This document shows positions 45,762 through 57,961 of a stretch of DNA of 64,000 bases, piece by piece. The notes beneath the pieces are model-generated. The model saw nothing but the letters and a program-made list of their open reading frames with translations, ran no database searches and was not told the origin of the DNA. Positions within the stretch are counted from its first letter, which is position 1; the number at the start of each line of letters is the position of its first letter. The stretch spans positions 248,001 to 312,000 of IMG/VR virus record IMGVR_UViG_3300017917_002374. One strand, written 5' to 3'. The position numbers were made by a program, and so were the translations under genes.

Positions 45762-46416
45762 CACTATAACGAACATTGCGGTCATCAAGATAACGTTTTT
45801 TTACTTGCTCGTATTCTGGATTTGACGGCAACAGTTCGTTTTCATAAAAAACGTCCTTGGCCCAGTGCGATTTGATATACTCAATTGTATCGGGATTCTG
45901 ACATAGAACACCCAACCCGCCAGAATGCAGAAATCTAATTTTTGGTTGAGGTATGCTAAAAAACACCTGTTCAACTTCAGGAAAGCTCGTAACATCGTGC
46001 ATGAGTAGCACGGTGTTTTCGTGAAAAAATCTACTCCAATTCACAATATCGTGTGTGACTGCTTGTGCTGTGTGTAATCCGTCTAGATGCAAAAGATCAA
46101 TCGGAGAAAACCATAAGGCACATGCAGCGTCAAAGGTGTTTTTCACTAGTTGTACATTATCAAACTTATGCTTGATTTTAAAATCAAGTACTCTTTGATA
46201 TAAGCCTTGATCACGTGCGCCTGCATGAATATCACCTTCAAAAGTATCAATTCCAAACACTTGCCCAGGATTGTTTTCGGCTAGACAGAAACAACTGTAC
46301 CCATTGTCTACTCCTAGTTCAACAGTGATTTTTGGCTGTAAATATTGCACAAGCCATTGTGCAAATCCGCGGTGCCCTTTCCAGGCGCTGTCTAATTCAT
46401 CTATGTTGTGGTTCAT
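45754..46416 (-). CDS. Class I SAM methyltransferase (Methyltransf_24-like)
   Basis: VELGVDNGYS, GIDTFEGD, IDLLHLDGLHT, LMHD. Confidence 0.85.
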   Translation of the reverse strand: MNHNIDELDSAWKGHRGFAQWLVQYLQPKITVELGVDNGYSCFCLAENNPGQVFGIDTFEGDIHAGARDQGLYQRVLDFKIKHKFDNVQLVKNTFDAACALWFSPIDLLHLDGLHTAQAVTHDIVNWSRFFHENTVLLMHDVTSFPEVEQVFFSIPQPKIRFLHSGGLGVLCQNPDTIEYIKSHWAKDVFYENELLPSNPEYEQVKKRYLDDRNVRYSAS

Positions 46417-46495
46417 GATCTATTTATAAGCTGTTTTTGGGACAAGATGAATACTATGTTTTCCATAAATATAGAATAATACGGACAGCAGATCT

Positions 46496-46993
46496 ATGCA
46501 AACAATTGAAGTTTTTTGGTATAAAAATATTCTGGAAGTGCAGATTATAGATCCTGCTATTTTTACCACAAGGAACAGGATCGTGTACAGTAGAACCATC
46601 AAAGTCTATCAGGGTATAGACAATCCCATACATGTTGTGACTAAAAATCAAGATCAAAAGCAGGTGGATTTAACTGGATATGATTTACAAGTGGACATAC
46701 AGGATCCAGAAAATGAAATAACTGTGGAAACTTTCACAGTGAATTTTGTGGTACAAAACAAAGGGCTAGGCACTTTTACTATACCTGCAGGCATAGTTAA
46801 CGGACTAGATCAAAGACACTATGAACTGACAGTTAAGCTGATCAACATTAGCTCAGCAGATGAAACTCCATTGTATATAGACGATAACTACGGACTTAGA
46901 GTACCACTACAAGTGCTCAGCGGATTTTATTCAAATACTCCGGTTGGCTCCACCAACATTGAAGGTGTTATTGATGCAGGATTGCTAGGATGA
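46496..46993 (+). CDS. Virion structural protein (BppU-like adaptor?)
   Basis: TAAATA at 46466; IKVYQGIDNPI...KNQDQK.VDLTG pattern; heads the fibre operon. Confidence 0.55.
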   Translation: MQTIEVFWYKNILEVQIIDPAIFTTRNRIVYSRTIKVYQGIDNPIHVVTKNQDQKQVDLTGYDLQVDIQDPENEITVETFTVNFVVQNKGLGTFTIPAGIVNGLDQRHYELTVKLINISSADETPLYIDDNYGLRVPLQVLSGFYSNTPVGSTNIEGVIDAGLLG

Positions 46994-49900
46994 CCACAGC
47001 TAATATAAAAATAACCAAGGTATTGTTGGGCAGAGGTAACACAGCAATCAGTGCCAACTATACTGGAGTAATGGGCGAAGTGACCATGGACACTACGCTT
47101 AAAACTCTGCGAGTGCATGATGGTGTGATTGTGGGCGGAACCAGACTGGCCACCTATGCTGAATTGTCTAATGTGGCTCTTGGCAATGTTGATCTTTCAG
47201 GGTATGCCACTACATCGCAGATCACAGCAGCCAATGCTGCAATCTCAGCACTACAAAGCAATGCCGCTGCACAAGCAGTCACACTGAACACACTGTTGGG
47301 TAATGCAGTTAGTCAACAGACTACCTTGATTGATCTCATTGCCAACGCCACAACACAAGCACAACAACTGGCAAACACTGGTAGCACCTATAGCAATGCA
47401 AATGTAAAAAGTTATCTTGCAGCGTTTGATGGCAATATCTTGCCCTCGGCCAATGTCGTATACAGTTTAGGTAGTGCAACACAGCAATGGAAAGATCTAT
47501 GGGTCAGTAATGCCACAATATATTTAAACTCAGTACCATTAGGACTGGACGCCACAGGCAATTTGACCTTTGATGGCAATCCATTGGTCAGTTATATCAA
47601 TGGCAATTTGAGCGTTGGCGGCAACAATGTAAACATCAACGGTATAAGTGCTGGTCAAGTGGTTGCCGGCAATTTGATTCTGACACTTACAGATACCACA
47701 ACAATTGATGTTGGCACTGTGGTTGGACCCGCAGGTGCTACTGGAGCACCTGGTGCAGCCGGTGCCACTGGACCACAAGGACCACAAGGCAATGCCGGTG
47801 CCACTGGACCACAAGGCATACAGGGCAACACAGGTGCCGCTGGACCAACTGGACCACAAGGTATACAGGGCAACACAGGACCTACTGGGCCTCAAGGCAT
47901 ACAGGGCAACACAGGCGCACAAGGACCACAAGGCATACAAGGTCCGGCTGGTGCCACGGGCGCACAGGGTATCAGTGTTACACTGGTTGGCAATGTGGCT
48001 ACCAGTGGCAACCTACCGCTAACAGGTAATGCAGGCGAAGCATACATTGTTACTAGCAGTGGTAATCTATTTTTCTGGAACAGCAATTTAAGTGTTTGGG
48101 CAGATATTGGTCCTATCGTAGGGCCACAAGGCGAAGCTGGTCCACAAGGACCCACTGGTGCCACAGGGCCACAAGGTGAAACTGGACCTGCAGGGCCAAC
48201 TGGCCCACAGGGCATACAGGGCAATGTTGGGCCACAAGGCCCACAGGGTATTCAAGGCAATACCGGACCCACTGGTGCCACAGGACCGCAAGGCGCACAA
48301 GGACCTGCAGGCAATACCATTGTGGGATGGAGTGTGGATGTAAACAACCACCTGGTTCCTAACACAGACAACCTACAAGACCTAGGCACACCTACCAGCA
48401 GAGTTAGACACATTTATGTAGGCCCAGGCTCTATCACAGTGGGCAGTTCAGTGATCACGGAATCGGCCACAGGCAAACTGGTGTTGCCTGGGGTGACCAG
48501 AGGCGTAAGCTACACCATTGATGAAGTGGAAGAAAAAGGCGATCAGAATCATGTGTTCAACGCACCGCCTGTGATTGTTGATGGCGGGCACTTTGCTGTG
48601 CTACAGGGAGTGATTGCACCACCTGGCGGATACCAGGCACCTGAATACAGTGTGGATCAACTGAATGATGACGGTGAGATTGATGGTATTACCATAGACA
48701 GTGCTGGTGCTGGTATTGACCAAGCTGTGGCTGCCAAGATGCGTGAATTCATGCGAGCCTATGTGGGCAATGATCCGGATCCTATCACAAACTTTAATGC
48801 TTCGGACTGGATACAGATTCCGTTCACAGTGAGTACAGAAGCTGCGGATGTCGAGTACGAAAACGCAGGTGCAGACCTAGGTGACTTCTCCATAGATGGC
48901 AGTGTACTGGAAGCAGACGAAGCCACAATCAGAACCAACGATGGCGACCTGACACTGGAATCAGACAGTGATGTGTTTGTAAAATCTTCTGGTGGCACTC
49001 ACATGTGGGAATTTAGCACCAATGGCCGGCTGTATCTTCCTGCCACTGGCACAATAGAATTTCCAGACGGGTCCATACAAATCACTGCCAACGCAGGCGG
49101 GGGTGGTGGCGGCAACATAGCCGGGCTTACCAGCTCTGTGGGCAATCAAGAAGCATCTCACGGATCAACTGTTTACAGCTTGACTCTTAACAGTGGCAAC
49201 GATGACAATGCTATAATCCAGCTATATAAAGGCACCGGAAACGACAATCCAGCCATATCAATTGGACAGGAAATTGGCGGGTTCCACCAGGCCAATGTTG
49301 TGGCAATTGGTAACTACGATGTTGGGTACAACTCTCTACCAGGAGGCGTGTACATTGGCTATGGAGCAGGCTACAACAATGTAGAAAGCCCGCAAGGTTT
49401 ACATGCCATTGCTATTGGATCCAAGGCAGCTTATACCTTTGCCACAAACAACAGTATCACACTCAATGCAACTGGTAACGATTTAACCCCAGATGAATCA
49501 GGTTTGTTTATCAAACCAATTCGCGAAGAACAGTATGATGATGCTATCTTATATTATAATGTACAGAGCGGAGAAGTAACCTATGCAGCTAATCCTGGCA
49601 GCGGAGCCTCAATAGGTAGCACTGCACCAACCGCAATAAATGGTCGTTTGTGGTACAACACTGAAGATGGCCGTACCTATGTGTATGCCTTGGACACCTG
49701 GATTGATGCCAATCCCCCAGTGGTTCCGGGCAACATGGTTGGCTATGGTCAGGATGGTAACATCACACTCAACGAAGATGCCAGAATCAACTATGCCAAT
49801 GGTGCAAGCATAATAAACAGCGTTTACGGTGATGAACAAGTAGCAGAATTCTTGAGTGCGTACACTGGTAACATTGGTAAAATAGGTTCTGATCCGCTGG

Positions 49901-51267
49901 CTATCACAGCCGCTAACATTAGATTGACCAGCGACAATGAAACCTGGGCCTTTAGCTCAACAGGCAATATCGTATTCCCTGACGGAACCCAACAGGCCAC
50001 TGCCTACACAGGCGGAGATGGCGGCAGCAGCTATGGCAATGTAGAACTAGCAGCCTTTATGAGCGACTATCAAGGTAATATCTATATCAACAGCGAAGGC
50101 AGTGGCTTGATTATAGATGCCGCAGGTGATCGTCGTGTAGGCTTTATGAAATACTTTGGCATTGAAGCCGGCTTTGTTCATGCCAATGGCCCAACAAAAT
50201 CCATTCCATTCCGTATTGGGCGAGTGGCTGCGGATGATATCACACAGGCAAACAGTTCAGTATTCACAACAGAAATCTTTATCAGCAATGTTGGCAAGAT
50301 TGGTATTCACAATACCACCCCTGCATACGATTTAGATCTAACTGGAAACGCTAGAGTAAGTGGTAGCCTCCTAATAGGCACCAACTCAACAATCAGCAAC
50401 GATGGTGAGTTCAGACTCTGGGCAACAGACACAGACATCACGGTGTATCGCAATGGTCAAGATGGCTACGGCGTCAAAGCCGGAAACATTGAAACCTATA
50501 CTGACAATGTTCTAAGAACCGTAACCAATAGCCAGGGCTTTGAACTCAAGACTGGTAACATAACTATCCCCAACGACAAAGGAGTGGTGTTTGCTAACGG
50601 TGTGAACATACTCAGCACCATTGTTGGAATAACCAGCATCAACACATCAGTTACAACCAGCTCCATCAACGATGAAAGTGGAGATTTCAGCTATGGCTCA
50701 TTGTCATACGACTACGCGGTAAACGGTGTCACATCTGGTGGGTTCACCATAGACTACTCTGCTCCGCTGGTACATGGCAATGTGGATGTGAATGTTGGCA
50801 ATGTGATTGCCACCAATATCAGTGTCAGTGGCAACCTAACTGTTGATAACACATTGGTAAACAGAGTGTATTTGCTTGAAGCCTATGCCAGTGTGACCTA
50901 CACCTTGCCAGGTAGTTTCACTGAAGATGTGTGTAGATACAGCGTTGTGAGTAATGCCGTCAATGTACCAAGTGCGTGGTTCAACACCTCAACTTATACA
51001 TTCACACCTCTAAAGGCTGGCTACTGGGAAATTACCGCCGCTTATGATGTTTATAGAAATGCTGAAGCAAGTATGGTGATTAAGAAAAATACCACGATTG
51101 TGGCTTCAGCTGGCAGTTTCAATGCAGTGGCCCAACAGGTAACAAAAATCATCTATCTAAATGGTTCAACTGATTATGTACAAATTTACAATTTTGGTGG
51201 GGCCGCACTAGAAAGATCACAATATGATGGCAGGTCTTGGTTCCAGGCACGATGGGTAGGCGCATGA
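46990..51267 (+). CDS. Collagen-containing tail fibre (1425 aa) with C-terminal C1q-like domain
   Basis: N-terminal GRG...[16 protein letters not shown]; two G-X-Y blocks; FPDG.Q.TA motifs; C-terminal [11 protein letters not shown]...YLNGSTDYV. Confidence 0.85.
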   Translation: MTTANIKITKVLLGRGNTAISANYTGVMGEVTMDTTLKTLRVHDGVIVGGTRLATYAELSNVALGNVDLSGYATTSQITAANAAISALQSNAAAQAVTLNTLLGNAVSQQTTLIDLIANATTQAQQLANTGSTYSNANVKSYLAAFDGNILPSANVVYSLGSATQQWKDLWVSNATIYLNSVPLGLDATGNLTFDGNPLVSYINGNLSVGGNNVNINGISAGQVVAGNLILTLTDTTTIDVGTVVGPAGATGAPGAAGATGPQGPQGNAGATGPQGIQGNTGAAGPTGPQGIQGNTGPTGPQGIQGNTGAQGPQGIQGPAGATGAQGISVTLVGNVATSGNLPLTGNAGEAYIVTSSGNLFFWNSNLSVWADIGPIVGPQGEAGPQGPTGATGPQGETGPAGPTGPQGIQGNVGPQGPQGIQGNTGPTGATGPQGAQGPAGNTIVGWSVDVNNHLVPNTDNLQDLGTPTSRVRHIYVGPGSITVGSSVITESATGKLVLPGVTRGVSYTIDEVEEKGDQNHVFNAPPVIVDGGHFAVLQGVIAPPGGYQAPEYSVDQLNDDGEIDGITIDSAGAGIDQAVAAKMREFMRAYVGNDPDPITNFNASDWIQIPFTVSTEAADVEYENAGADLGDFSIDGSVLEADEATIRTNDGDLTLESDSDVFVKSSGGTHMWEFSTNGRLYLPATGTIEFPDGSIQITANAGGGGGGNIAGLTSSVGNQEASHGSTVYSLTLNSGNDDNAIIQLYKGTGNDNPAISIGQEIGGFHQANVVAIGNYDVGYNSLPGGVYIGYGAGYNNVESPQGLHAIAIGSKAAYTFATNNSITLNATGNDLTPDESGLFIKPIREEQYDDAILYYNVQSGEVTYAANPGSGASIGSTAPTAINGRLWYNTEDGRTYVYALDTWIDANPPVVPGNMVGYGQDGNITLNEDARINYANGASIINSVYGDEQVAEFLSAYTGNIGKIGSDPLAITAANIRLTSDNETWAFSSTGNIVFPDGTQQATAYTGGDGGSSYGNVELAAFMSDYQGNIYINSEGSGLIIDAAGDRRVGFMKYFGIEAGFVHANGPTKSIPFRIGRVAADDITQANSSVFTTEIFISNVGKIGIHNTTPAYDLDLTGNARVSGSLLIGTNSTISNDGEFRLWATDTDITVYRNGQDGYGVKAGNIETYTDNVLRTVTNSQGFELKTGNITIPNDKGVVFANGVNILSTIVGITSINTSVTTSSINDESGDFSYGSLSYDYAVNGVTSGGFTIDYSAPLVHGNVDVNVGNVIATNISVSGNLTVDNTLVNRVYLLEAYASVTYTLPGSFTEDVCRYSVVSNAVNVPSAWFNTSTYTFTPLKAGYWEITAAYDVYRNAEASMVIKKNTTIVASAGSFNAVAQQVTKIIYLNGSTDYVQIYNFGGAALERSQYDGRSWFQARWVGA
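47725..48312 (+). repeat. Collagen-like Gly-X-Y repeats (two blocks)
   Basis: [16 protein letters not shown] units; DNA repeats such as GGACCACAAGG and CAGGGCAACACAGG. Confidence 0.95.
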
Positions 51268-51298
51268 TCACGGTAAATATGAAAATAGGATACAACAA

Positions 51299-51499
51299 AT
51301 GATATATTTTCCAACAGCACCCACACTAGGACAACGATATGTAGGCATTAACGGCGTTACATATACCTGGATGGGCACACATTGGAATGGTGCTCTGGCA
51401 CTACAACAAGGCACAGCAGAACACTATGTGGACGGCGGTGACGCTGATTTTGAATACGATCCACTGCGTGACGGATTATTAGATGGCGGAACAGCCTAA
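51299..51499 (+). CDS. Small virion-associated protein (66 aa)
   Basis: TAAATA at 51274; FPTAPTLGQ...NGVTY N-terminus; C-terminal LDGGTA. Confidence 0.7.
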   Translation: MIYFPTAPTLGQRYVGINGVTYTWMGTHWNGALALQQGTAEHYVDGGDADFEYDPLRDGLLDGGTA

Positions 51500-51508
51500 G
51501 GAAAAACC

Positions 51509-54500
51509 ATGACAACAAGAATCAAATTTAGAAGAGACACAGCGGCAAACTGGACAGCAGAAAATCCTGTGTTGGCCTTGGGCGAGCCAGGTTTTGAACA
51601 GGACACTAATAAATTAAAAATTGGCGATGGCGAAACTGCCTGGTCTGGTTTAGACTATGCCAGTGGCGGCAGTGACAGTCTCACAAGTGATCACAACATA
51701 GCCATCACAGTGGGCAACACAGAATACTTTGCCATTGTGAATCGTACCAATCCAGACGGTGACAATGGTGTGGATGCTTCAGCAGTGGCCTATGACAGCG
51801 AAGGCAATTTAATTACGCTGCATGTGAGTGAAACATACAACACTGTGACTGATGACAACATTGATCAGCTGATCATCAGCAAGTTCAGCAGTACAGGTGC
51901 AACACTGTGGCAAAAAGAAATTGACCAAGATATAGATCCAGACACTGTGCATGATGTGGCCATAGACGCAGATGACAATATCATTGTGGCTGCTAGTGTG
52001 GACAATGGCGAAGATTCTGACAGCATTGTGTTGATAAAAATGAACAGCAGCGGCACAGTGCTGTGGCAGAAAAACTATCAAGGCGGTGCTGATACCTTTT
52101 TAGAAGTGGGCGCGATTGCAATCAATGGTGACCATGTGTTTGTATCAGGCTACTACAACGATGACACCATAGCAGGAGACGACAGTGGATATCTAATGAA
52201 AGTGTTGGTGTCAAACGGCTCAATGATCTGGGCCAAGAGCTTTGACACTGGTGCCAGCTTTACTAAAATGTTTGGCATGGATGTGGGTGCAGATGGACAT
52301 CCTGTGATGGTGGGCACTGGCGGAACTGTGGGACCTAATGGTGCTGCGGTGATCAAACTCAGCGGTACCAATGGTGATGTGCTCTGGGGAGCTACACTGT
52401 TTGACAGCGAGAATCTTGACATAGAATACAACGGCGGCGATGTGGTAGTGGACAGTCAGAACAATGTGTATGTGAGTGTGAACACTTATCAAGACATTGT
52501 GCATGATGATGGTAATAACACAGGCGTGACTATTGCTTATGTGAGCAAGATCAACAGCTCAGGCACAAGACAGTGGACACGCAGAATTGGCCCAGGGCCC
52601 TGTGCCAGTGTGGCCACAGGCATAGACTGCGACGACTCGGGCAATGTGTATCTCAGTGCGTTGACTGTGGCTCAAAAGAACCCAAATCGTGAAGCGAATA
52701 ACTATTATGACACCGCTATCAATGTGCTGGCCATGGCCAAGTATTCCACAGCAGGCGCAGTGCTATGGCAGCGTTACATTGAATGCGACGGTTACTGGTT
52801 CGATGCATCTTCAGACGAAACTGGCGCTCCTCCGGGTTTTTATAACAATGGCCTCAACAGAGGTCGTAATCTCAGCCTAGGACCCAATGGCAAATTGGCA
52901 GTACAGGTGAGTGTGCGTAAGAAAGACGCAGACGACAATGTTTGGGACAGTAACTACAACGAAAGTGTGACATTCCAGATTGATCAGGATGGTCGCGAAA
53001 TGACCGTGGGGTCGGGCAGTGAAAAGTTCGCTGTAAAGGCCAGCCGTATCCCTGGCAAGTTTATCGCCCCAGACTACACATTGGCCGACCTAGAAGCAAA
53101 TCCGTTGCCTATCAGTTCTGTTACCAATGACATCACAGTAACCACTTCTGCGGTGACATTTTCAGATGGCATACTTGCACAGCAGGTGGCCAAGAGTGCG
53201 CCCTATGAGTATGTGTTTGGCAACGATGGCACACTGACCATTCCCAACGACGGTGATCTAAAACTGGTTCAAACACAGTTGGGCTGGATCTCTATATTTG
53301 GTCCAATCAAGAACAATGATGACAACATAGACATTCGTGCCAGCGTAGTAGATCCTGCAGATGGTTCAGTGTATGCTGTAGGCGAAAGCGATGACTACAG
53401 TACTGGATTTCTCACTCGTTACAACAGTGCAGGACAACTGCTGTGGAGCATTCGCTTCTCAGACAATACTGATGGCTACAACAACAGAGCCAATGCTGTG
53501 CGCATACATCCAGTATCAGGCAATGTGATGGTGCTGTTGGAATACTACGGCAGCTATGATTATACGCTGATTGTGGAAGTGGATCCAGACACTGCCAAGG
53601 TTGTGAACAGTTTTGGCATACGCGATCTAGGAGACAGCGGCGATGCTCTGGCCTATGACTTTGCGTTTACTTCTTCTGCCAATGTGGCCATTGTGGGTCG
53701 CAAGTGGGATGAGTGGAGACAGCAGTCTGTAACGCCATTGGTGAGCAGCACCACAGACTTCTTGGTGTTTAACGCATCAGACATTCAAGGCGATGCCATA
53801 ACCAACAGTTTTTATGTGAGCGGCACAGGCATTGAGGGTAGATACAATGTGGCGCAGGTGAACCGTCATGAAGGGCTCACCGGCAATACTTCAGGCTCAG
53901 GCAGCAGCTTTGTGTTTGGCATCTACAAGAACAGCAGCGACTCAACCAACTACAATCAAAGCAGTTATTTCATAACCACCGCAGGCAACAACTATCAAAT
54001 CAACGACACTATCACGGTGTTGGGCACTGAGTTATATGGCAACACTCCTGCTAACGATTTGACCGTGACTGTGACCAATGTGGACGGCAGCGGTGGTGTT
54101 ACTGCCATTGATCTAGCAGGCACACAGCAGAACAGCACAATCAATGTATGGACCAATGGCCTGGGTGTGAACTTTGGTGGTGTGGGTTCCTGGACCATAG
54201 ACAACAATCTCAGTGGCGAAGCCTATGTGCTGTCAGCCAACACCGCGGCCAATGCCACAGTGAGCTGGAGCAAACTGTTGAGTGCGGGTAGTAACAATGA
54301 CACAGAACGCTATTTCAGTGTGGTAGTAGGCGCAGACAACAGCATCTATGCCGCGGGCGAAATGATTTCAAGACATGATGCAGCTGGCGGCGATCTAAAC
54401 AGCTATTGGTGTGCAGTGATCAGCAAGTTTGACAGCGCAGGCAACCATCAATGGACCAAGGCTCTCAACGACAATCTCAACGACTGCTATGCCAAGTGCG

Positions 54501-55498
54501 TGAGCATACAGGGCAATGTGCTGGCAGTGTCACACCACAACAGCGGTAATGGTGTCACAGTGATCAGCAAGCTGGACACCAGTGGCAATGTAAAATGGCA
54601 GCGCAGAACCTACAGCATTGACGACAGTTCAGTGGTGGTAGATACCAATGGCGATATCTATGCCGTGGTTGAAGCCAACTTTGAAAATAAATTTAACGAT
54701 GTGGCCAAGGTTATTCGTTTCAACAGTGTGGGCGAAGTGATCTGGCGCAAGTTCATTGGACATCTGTCATATGAATACGGCGCAGCCAGCCTGAGATTCA
54801 AGAACGGTCGCAACCTAACTCTGGATGCAGATCACCTGTACATTTCAGGCTACACCTATGCTCAGGCAGACAACTATCGTAACGGTGTCGTGATAAAGAT
54901 TCCCAAGAGCGGAGATTTTGACGGCTACTACGGCAACTGGGCCTTGCAGCAGGAAAATTATGATGTGGACCGTGTGTACTCCACAGAAGCTACCACATTC
55001 ACTCCAGTGATTGGTACAGGTAACTTTGAAAACTGGTCACCAGATTTTGAAACACAATGGTGGGATCCTAGCAACGACGACTACTATCATACACTGTGGG
55101 AAATTGCAGATCGTGATGGCGGTGCTATTGAATTTGCCGACGGCACACGACAGACTCGTAGTGCTCAGATGATTCCGCAGAAGCGTATTGACAATGGCCT
55201 GGATCACAGACTCACACTAGAAGACATGGGCGGCCACATCTACTTTACCAATGTCAGCGGCAGTGTTGTGCATGTGCCCTATAACAATGACAATCCCTTG
55301 CCCATTGGTTTTACCGTGGTAATCGTAAACAACAGCGGCGGTACAGTAAACATTGATGCAGATGGCGGCGGGATTGACATCATTGTGCCAGGTCAAAGCA
55401 CAGCACAGTATTGGGACCTTGAGAATTATGGCATGGCCACACTGTTAAAAGTAGCCAACGATATCTGGTTTCTAACTGGCAATGTAACGGAAGATTAA
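51509..55498 (+). CDS. Tail fibre/spike (1329 aa): Mtd/hyaluronidase-like N-terminus plus beta-propeller repeats
   Basis: IKFRRDTAANW...NPVLALGEPGFE.DT.KLKIGDG; repeated KF.S.G..LWQK / VVVD..NN.Y units. Confidence 0.8.
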   Translation: MTTRIKFRRDTAANWTAENPVLALGEPGFEQDTNKLKIGDGETAWSGLDYASGGSDSLTSDHNIAITVGNTEYFAIVNRTNPDGDNGVDASAVAYDSEGNLITLHVSETYNTVTDDNIDQLIISKFSSTGATLWQKEIDQDIDPDTVHDVAIDADDNIIVAASVDNGEDSDSIVLIKMNSSGTVLWQKNYQGGADTFLEVGAIAINGDHVFVSGYYNDDTIAGDDSGYLMKVLVSNGSMIWAKSFDTGASFTKMFGMDVGADGHPVMVGTGGTVGPNGAAVIKLSGTNGDVLWGATLFDSENLDIEYNGGDVVVDSQNNVYVSVNTYQDIVHDDGNNTGVTIAYVSKINSSGTRQWTRRIGPGPCASVATGIDCDDSGNVYLSALTVAQKNPNREANNYYDTAINVLAMAKYSTAGAVLWQRYIECDGYWFDASSDETGAPPGFYNNGLNRGRNLSLGPNGKLAVQVSVRKKDADDNVWDSNYNESVTFQIDQDGREMTVGSGSEKFAVKASRIPGKFIAPDYTLADLEANPLPISSVTNDITVTTSAVTFSDGILAQQVAKSAPYEYVFGNDGTLTIPNDGDLKLVQTQLGWISIFGPIKNNDDNIDIRASVVDPADGSVYAVGESDDYSTGFLTRYNSAGQLLWSIRFSDNTDGYNNRANAVRIHPVSGNVMVLLEYYGSYDYTLIVEVDPDTAKVVNSFGIRDLGDSGDALAYDFAFTSSANVAIVGRKWDEWRQQSVTPLVSSTTDFLVFNASDIQGDAITNSFYVSGTGIEGRYNVAQVNRHEGLTGNTSGSGSSFVFGIYKNSSDSTNYNQSSYFITTAGNNYQINDTITVLGTELYGNTPANDLTVTVTNVDGSGGVTAIDLAGTQQNSTINVWTNGLGVNFGGVGSWTIDNNLSGEAYVLSANTAANATVSWSKLLSAGSNNDTERYFSVVVGADNSIYAAGEMISRHDAAGGDLNSYWCAVISKFDSAGNHQWTKALNDNLNDCYAKCVSIQGNVLAVSHHNSGNGVTVISKLDTSGNVKWQRRTYSIDDSSVVVDTNGDIYAVVEANFENKFNDVAKVIRFNSVGEVIWRKFIGHLSYEYGAASLRFKNGRNLTLDADHLYISGYTYAQADNYRNGVVIKIPKSGDFDGYYGNWALQQENYDVDRVYSTEATTFTPVIGTGNFENWSPDFETQWWDPSNDDYYHTLWEIADRDGGAIEFADGTRQTRSAQMIPQKRIDNGLDHRLTLEDMGGHIYFTNVSGSVVHVPYNNDNPLPIGFTVVIVNNSGGTVNIDADGGGIDIIVPGQSTAQYWDLENYGMATLLKVANDIWFLTGNVTED

Positions 55499-55501
55499 AC
55501 C

Positions 55502-57961
55502 ATGCCAATCACACAGGTCCTACTAACTTCAACTGTCACAGCGGCTCCACCTCCACCTCCTCCGCCCACACCTGATGGGCAGTACTACAGTGATGAAACA
55601 CTGTTGACCTGGGGCAGTGTGGGAGTGGGACAAAACAAGCCCTCATACAATTCCAGTTACAGCTATCCAGACAATACAACTGTTGCACCAATTTGGGATT
55701 TCAATGGCACCAACCAGTATATGACCACTCAGGTGACCAATGGATACACACAGATATACATGAACCTGTGGTTCTATCCCACTGCTGCTGGTCGTGTTAT
55801 TATGACCATACAAGGGTCATTGGTAGAAGACTCAGGATATACTCACTCAGCACTGGAGATAGCTGCCAACCAAACTGTGATTGGTGCTTTCTGGGCCGGC
55901 ATGAATCTAGTGAGTGTTAACACAGCCAACTCAGTCACACTCAATGCCTGGAATCATATCTATTTTAGACAGAATGCCAATGAGATACTGTTACAGTTAA
56001 ACGGCGGCACAGCGGTCACGGCCAACAACACTTGGTCGTTGCCCACGCCTGCAATGGTAATAGGTATTGGAACTACCTCATCAATGAACAGTGGATACAG
56101 TGCGAGATTTGAAGGCAGCCTGGCAGAGTTCCGCATGAACTCAACCAACACGCCCAGCAACTACACTTTCACTAGAACCAAGTATGAAGCACCGCAGCAG
56201 GTTATCTATGATGACTTTACCATTGAGTGGTGGCAGAAAGCAGAATCCATTGGTGTGAATACTCGTCCCTGGGCCATTGGCTTGTTGGGATCCGCATCTG
56301 GTCAGGTAGTATCAATCAGTTATGAAGGCAACGGTCGTGACTATTTCTGGATCAACGACAGCTTCCCTGCTCAACTGGCAGACAGACCTGTGAAGAATCA
56401 CTATGGCATTGGTTGGGAACACATGGCCATAGTGCGCAAAGACAATGTGATTAAACTGTACAGCAATGGTACCAGTTATCTGACCTGGGCAGGCGGCGGA
56501 CAAGCCATAACAGCAACCAACGCAGACCTAGTGGTAGGCACAGGTGAGATACCCAACGGCAACTTCCAAGGTTGGATCAAAGACCTGCACATCATCAAAG
56601 GCTACGCAAAATATAATGCCAACTTCTCAGTGCCAGTATTGCCCGTACAACCACAGACTGGTACTGTGTTCCTCCTGCCAGCCATGAGTTCTGGCACAGC
56701 ATTTGATGATGTTGTAAGTTACAAGGCGGCTATACTGAGCAATACACCAACTTACAGTGAAGATGATCCATTTACATATCCAGGTGCTACATTCACTGCT
56801 ATAGGATATGGTAATAATCTCATAACACCGGCGTCAACGCCACCTAATTTACGAGTTGGTCTCCTAGTCAGCGATGGAGCAGGGTGGAGCGACTATATCA
56901 TTGATCCAAATTATTTTGGTAACCTACAGTTTTCAAGCCTACCAGCAAGCACACCGCCTGAACTTGTATACACTGTGTCTGAAGACTTAACCAGTGTCAC
57001 ACAAGGTACCAATACCTACGGTGGCAGTGGTCCTAATTGGAATGTAGACTACAGCAGTACCAACTTCAATGTGGAACTGTTAAAAGTAAGAGTGGGCTGG
57101 ACAGTGGCCTATGGTGAAGATATACTAGGCACAGTGACTGGCAATGCATATCTTATTACACCAGAAGTTATCAGAATAGGTGTAGATTTTGATCCTGGTA
57201 CAGCAGGCGGTTTGACATTTACATATCTGCCTCCTACATATGGTGGTAGCATACGCTTTGACGCAGGTGACCGTATCAACTATGGCAGCAGTGTGGACTG
57301 GGCCTTTGACATAGACGCCATTACCACAGGCAACATCACACTGAATCTAGATGCCAATGACATCAGCAGCTATACCGGCAGTGGTAGCACCTGGACTGAT
57401 CTGTCAGGCAACAACAATGCCACCTTGATTGGCACTCCCTACTGGGACAACGGACCTCCGGCCTACTTTGAATTCAACGGTATCAATCAGTATGCCACTG
57501 TGCCTGGCACCAATATTGTGCCTGCTGCGGCCTATACCAAAATGGTATGGTTCCGTATCAACACATTCTCAGCAGACAACAACCTGATCAGCAGCGACAA
57601 TGGTGGACACTTCATGTATTTCAATCAGACCACCACACTGTATGCTGGTCACAGCAATGTGTTCCCCTACAATGCGTTTGGTTCGGCCACAACCTTTAGC
57701 ACCAACACCTGGTACTGTGCCACAGTCACATTCAGTGTGGCCAATGGTATCAAACTGTATGTGAATGGTGTGTTAGACGCCAGCGACCCCAGCTACCAAA
57801 CTCCACACAATCAAAACGGCAATACCAACATTGCCTGCTTTGGTATAGGTGGAAATCTGTTGAATGGTCGTATTGGACGCCTGATGTGCTATGGTAAAGA
57901 ACTCACTGCACAGGAAGTGTTGAACAACTTCAACGCCACAAGAAATCGCTATGGTGTTTGA
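55502..57961 (+). CDS. LamG/concanavalin-like multi-domain virion protein
   Basis: Three LamG-like units (WFYPT...WNHI; DFTIEWW...WEHMAIVR; LDANDISSY.GSG.TW.DLSG...NFNATR.RYGV). Confidence 0.8.
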   Translation: MPITQVLLTSTVTAAPPPPPPPTPDGQYYSDETLLTWGSVGVGQNKPSYNSSYSYPDNTTVAPIWDFNGTNQYMTTQVTNGYTQIYMNLWFYPTAAGRVIMTIQGSLVEDSGYTHSALEIAANQTVIGAFWAGMNLVSVNTANSVTLNAWNHIYFRQNANEILLQLNGGTAVTANNTWSLPTPAMVIGIGTTSSMNSGYSARFEGSLAEFRMNSTNTPSNYTFTRTKYEAPQQVIYDDFTIEWWQKAESIGVNTRPWAIGLLGSASGQVVSISYEGNGRDYFWINDSFPAQLADRPVKNHYGIGWEHMAIVRKDNVIKLYSNGTSYLTWAGGGQAITATNADLVVGTGEIPNGNFQGWIKDLHIIKGYAKYNANFSVPVLPVQPQTGTVFLLPAMSSGTAFDDVVSYKAAILSNTPTYSEDDPFTYPGATFTAIGYGNNLITPASTPPNLRVGLLVSDGAGWSDYIIDPNYFGNLQFSSLPASTPPELVYTVSEDLTSVTQGTNTYGGSGPNWNVDYSSTNFNVELLKVRVGWTVAYGEDILGTVTGNAYLITPEVIRIGVDFDPGTAGGLTFTYLPPTYGGSIRFDAGDRINYGSSVDWAFDIDAITTGNITLNLDANDISSYTGSGSTWTDLSGNNNATLIGTPYWDNGPPAYFEFNGINQYATVPGTNIVPAAAYTKMVWFRINTFSADNNLISSDNGGHFMYFNQTTTLYAGHSNVFPYNAFGSATTFSTNTWYCATVTFSVANGIKLYVNGVLDASDPSYQTPHNQNGNTNIACFGIGGNLLNGRIGRLMCYGKELTAQEVLNNFNATRNRYGV

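Noticed and set aside
51509-55498. Diversity-generating retroelement suggested by the Mtd-like N-terminus
   Set aside because: No reverse transcriptase and no TR/VR pair differing at adenines seen in the window; only the generic N-terminal anchor motif is shared.
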